This document shows, piece by piece, positions 63,441 to 64,000 of a DNA stretch of 64,000 bases (its first letter is position 1; each line of letters begins with the position of its first letter). The stretch spans positions 14,764 through 78,763 of the forward strand of contig JAQGDQ010000942.1 in assembly GCA_030141605.1 (NCBI GenBank). The letters are read 5' to 3'. The position numbers and the translations under genes were made by a program. The notes under the pieces are model-generated. The model searched no databases, was not told where the DNA came from, and worked only from the letters and a program-made list of their open reading frames with translations. The DNA is from Tubiluchus corallicola. Taxonomy: Eukaryota > Animalia > Priapulida.

Positions 63441-64000
63441 CTACTAAGTTAGGCAAGTTGTATAATTAAACATCAATTATAGTAATTGAGACATTTGTTC
63501 TTAATCAGAGTTAGAACCTTGATCAATAAAGTTGTCATTTTTTCAAAACACTGTACTATATTACAATATTATATTATACTATAAGAGGAACTAACTTTTC
63601 GACATAAATTAAAAAAGAAATCAATAAAGAAGATGATTTTCTTTAATCCTTCAAATAAAATAAACCATTTTTGGAACCTAAATAGCTGAGTTCTCATTTG
63701 CCACAACATCGTTACTCATAGATACAAAAGGTAAAATAGGGAAGAAAGTTTCTAGGAAGAATGCAATAAGACTTAAGCTTCGATTCGTAATAAAGTAATA
63801 GAGCAAAGTAATAAAAGCTTCGATTCGTTTACTGTTCAGATATTTAATATTTTTTACTTCAAGGTCGTTTGCTGGCTTTTCCCTGTTGTAAAGAAAAGAT
63901 CGAGAATTTTGCTGCAGCGTCTTCAAGCACGTGGATAACGCACAGAATCACAATTTGTAAAGGATGTCTCACCATTTAATAGATAATTTCACCAAATCGT

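Noticed and set aside
63678-63926. 82-aa minus-strand ORF at the window end
   Set aside because: Non-ATG start with an in-frame stop just upstream and no recognisable motif; cannot be supported as an exon.

Overview
AT-rich animal (invertebrate-type) genomic DNA with spliceosomal GT-AG introns, microsatellites and many decayed transposons: CR1/L2 and RTE LINEs, a BEL/Pao integrase relic, solo LTRs, Helitrons and a SINE. It is not prokaryotic, and most ORFs in the supplied track are repeat artefacts. By hand-splicing I reconstructed four apparently intact host genes and one truncated paralog. Every one encodes a Golgi-type glycan-modifying enzyme, each intact gene from a different family: (1) a CHST15/GalNAc4S-6ST-like sulfotransferase (+, 6 exons found, 5679-14659, 5' end not located); (2) an intronless 340-aa GT-A glycosyltransferase of a poorly characterised family (-, 21123-22145); (3) a B4GAT1-like GT49 glucuronyltransferase (-, 3 exons, 499 aa); (4) an EXTL2-like GT64 alpha-1,4-HexNAc transferase (-, 5 exons, 320 aa). 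The truncated paralog is an inverted copy of the 340-aa gene (+, 39951-40367). The main hypothesis is that this is an animal biosynthetic gene cluster for a sulfated GlcA/HexNAc glycan. Family assignments come from recalled motifs, not database searches.
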